Shown piece after piece: positions 63,990 to 64,000 of a DNA stretch of 64,000 nucleotides; positions within the stretch are counted from its first letter, which is position 1; every line of letters begins with the position of its first letter. Origin of the DNA: Myxococcales bacterium (GTDB taxonomy: Bacteria; Myxococcota_A; Polyangia; Polyangiales; Polyangiaceae); the NCBI GenBank assembly GCA_043747615.1, contig JAYTOU010000033.1:32001-96000 (forward strand). Reading direction: 5' to 3'. The position numbers and the translations under genes were made by a program. The notes below the pieces were generated by a model. The model saw only the letters and a list, made by a program, of their open reading frames with translations. It was not told where the DNA came from and searched no databases.

Positions 63990-64000
63990 CTAAGAAGCGG

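Overview
A GC-rich, gene-dense bacterial chromosomal segment, most likely from Myxococcota (Polyangiaceae/Sorangiineae-like). The evidence is eukaryote-like Ser/Thr kinases, a giant TPR protein, a MYXO-CTERM-like motif, a TIGR04552-like gene and many Cys-rich lipoproteins. About 56 CDS are present. They include a partial complex I operon (nuoA-B-C-D-G-H-I), yicC (internally deleted and frameshifted)-gmk-mtnP-pfkB, a 1419-aa BPI/LBP-like surface protein, a ubiquitin-like sulfur-carrier cysteine operon, a DNA repair cluster (xerD, polX, Prim-PolC-like, ligC-like), rpmB, a GltD/PyrK fusion oxidoreductase with yggX, and erpA. I saw no rRNA, tRNA, CRISPR array or mobile element. The best candidate for an undescribed system is the sulfur-relay operon. 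It encodes two complementary-degenerate ThiF/MoeB paralogues: one keeps the active site but lacks the N-terminal arginine-finger helix, and the other keeps only that helix plus a putative dimer helix. This resembles the eukaryotic heterodimeric E1 architecture, and the pair sits with a Ubl carrying a capped GG-Ile C-terminus and a JAB peptidase. The second candidate is the apparent dual-anchored 'polyprotein', with an internal MYXO-CTERM followed by a second lipoprotein-like signal. All family calls come from motif recognition by eye; no database searches were run.
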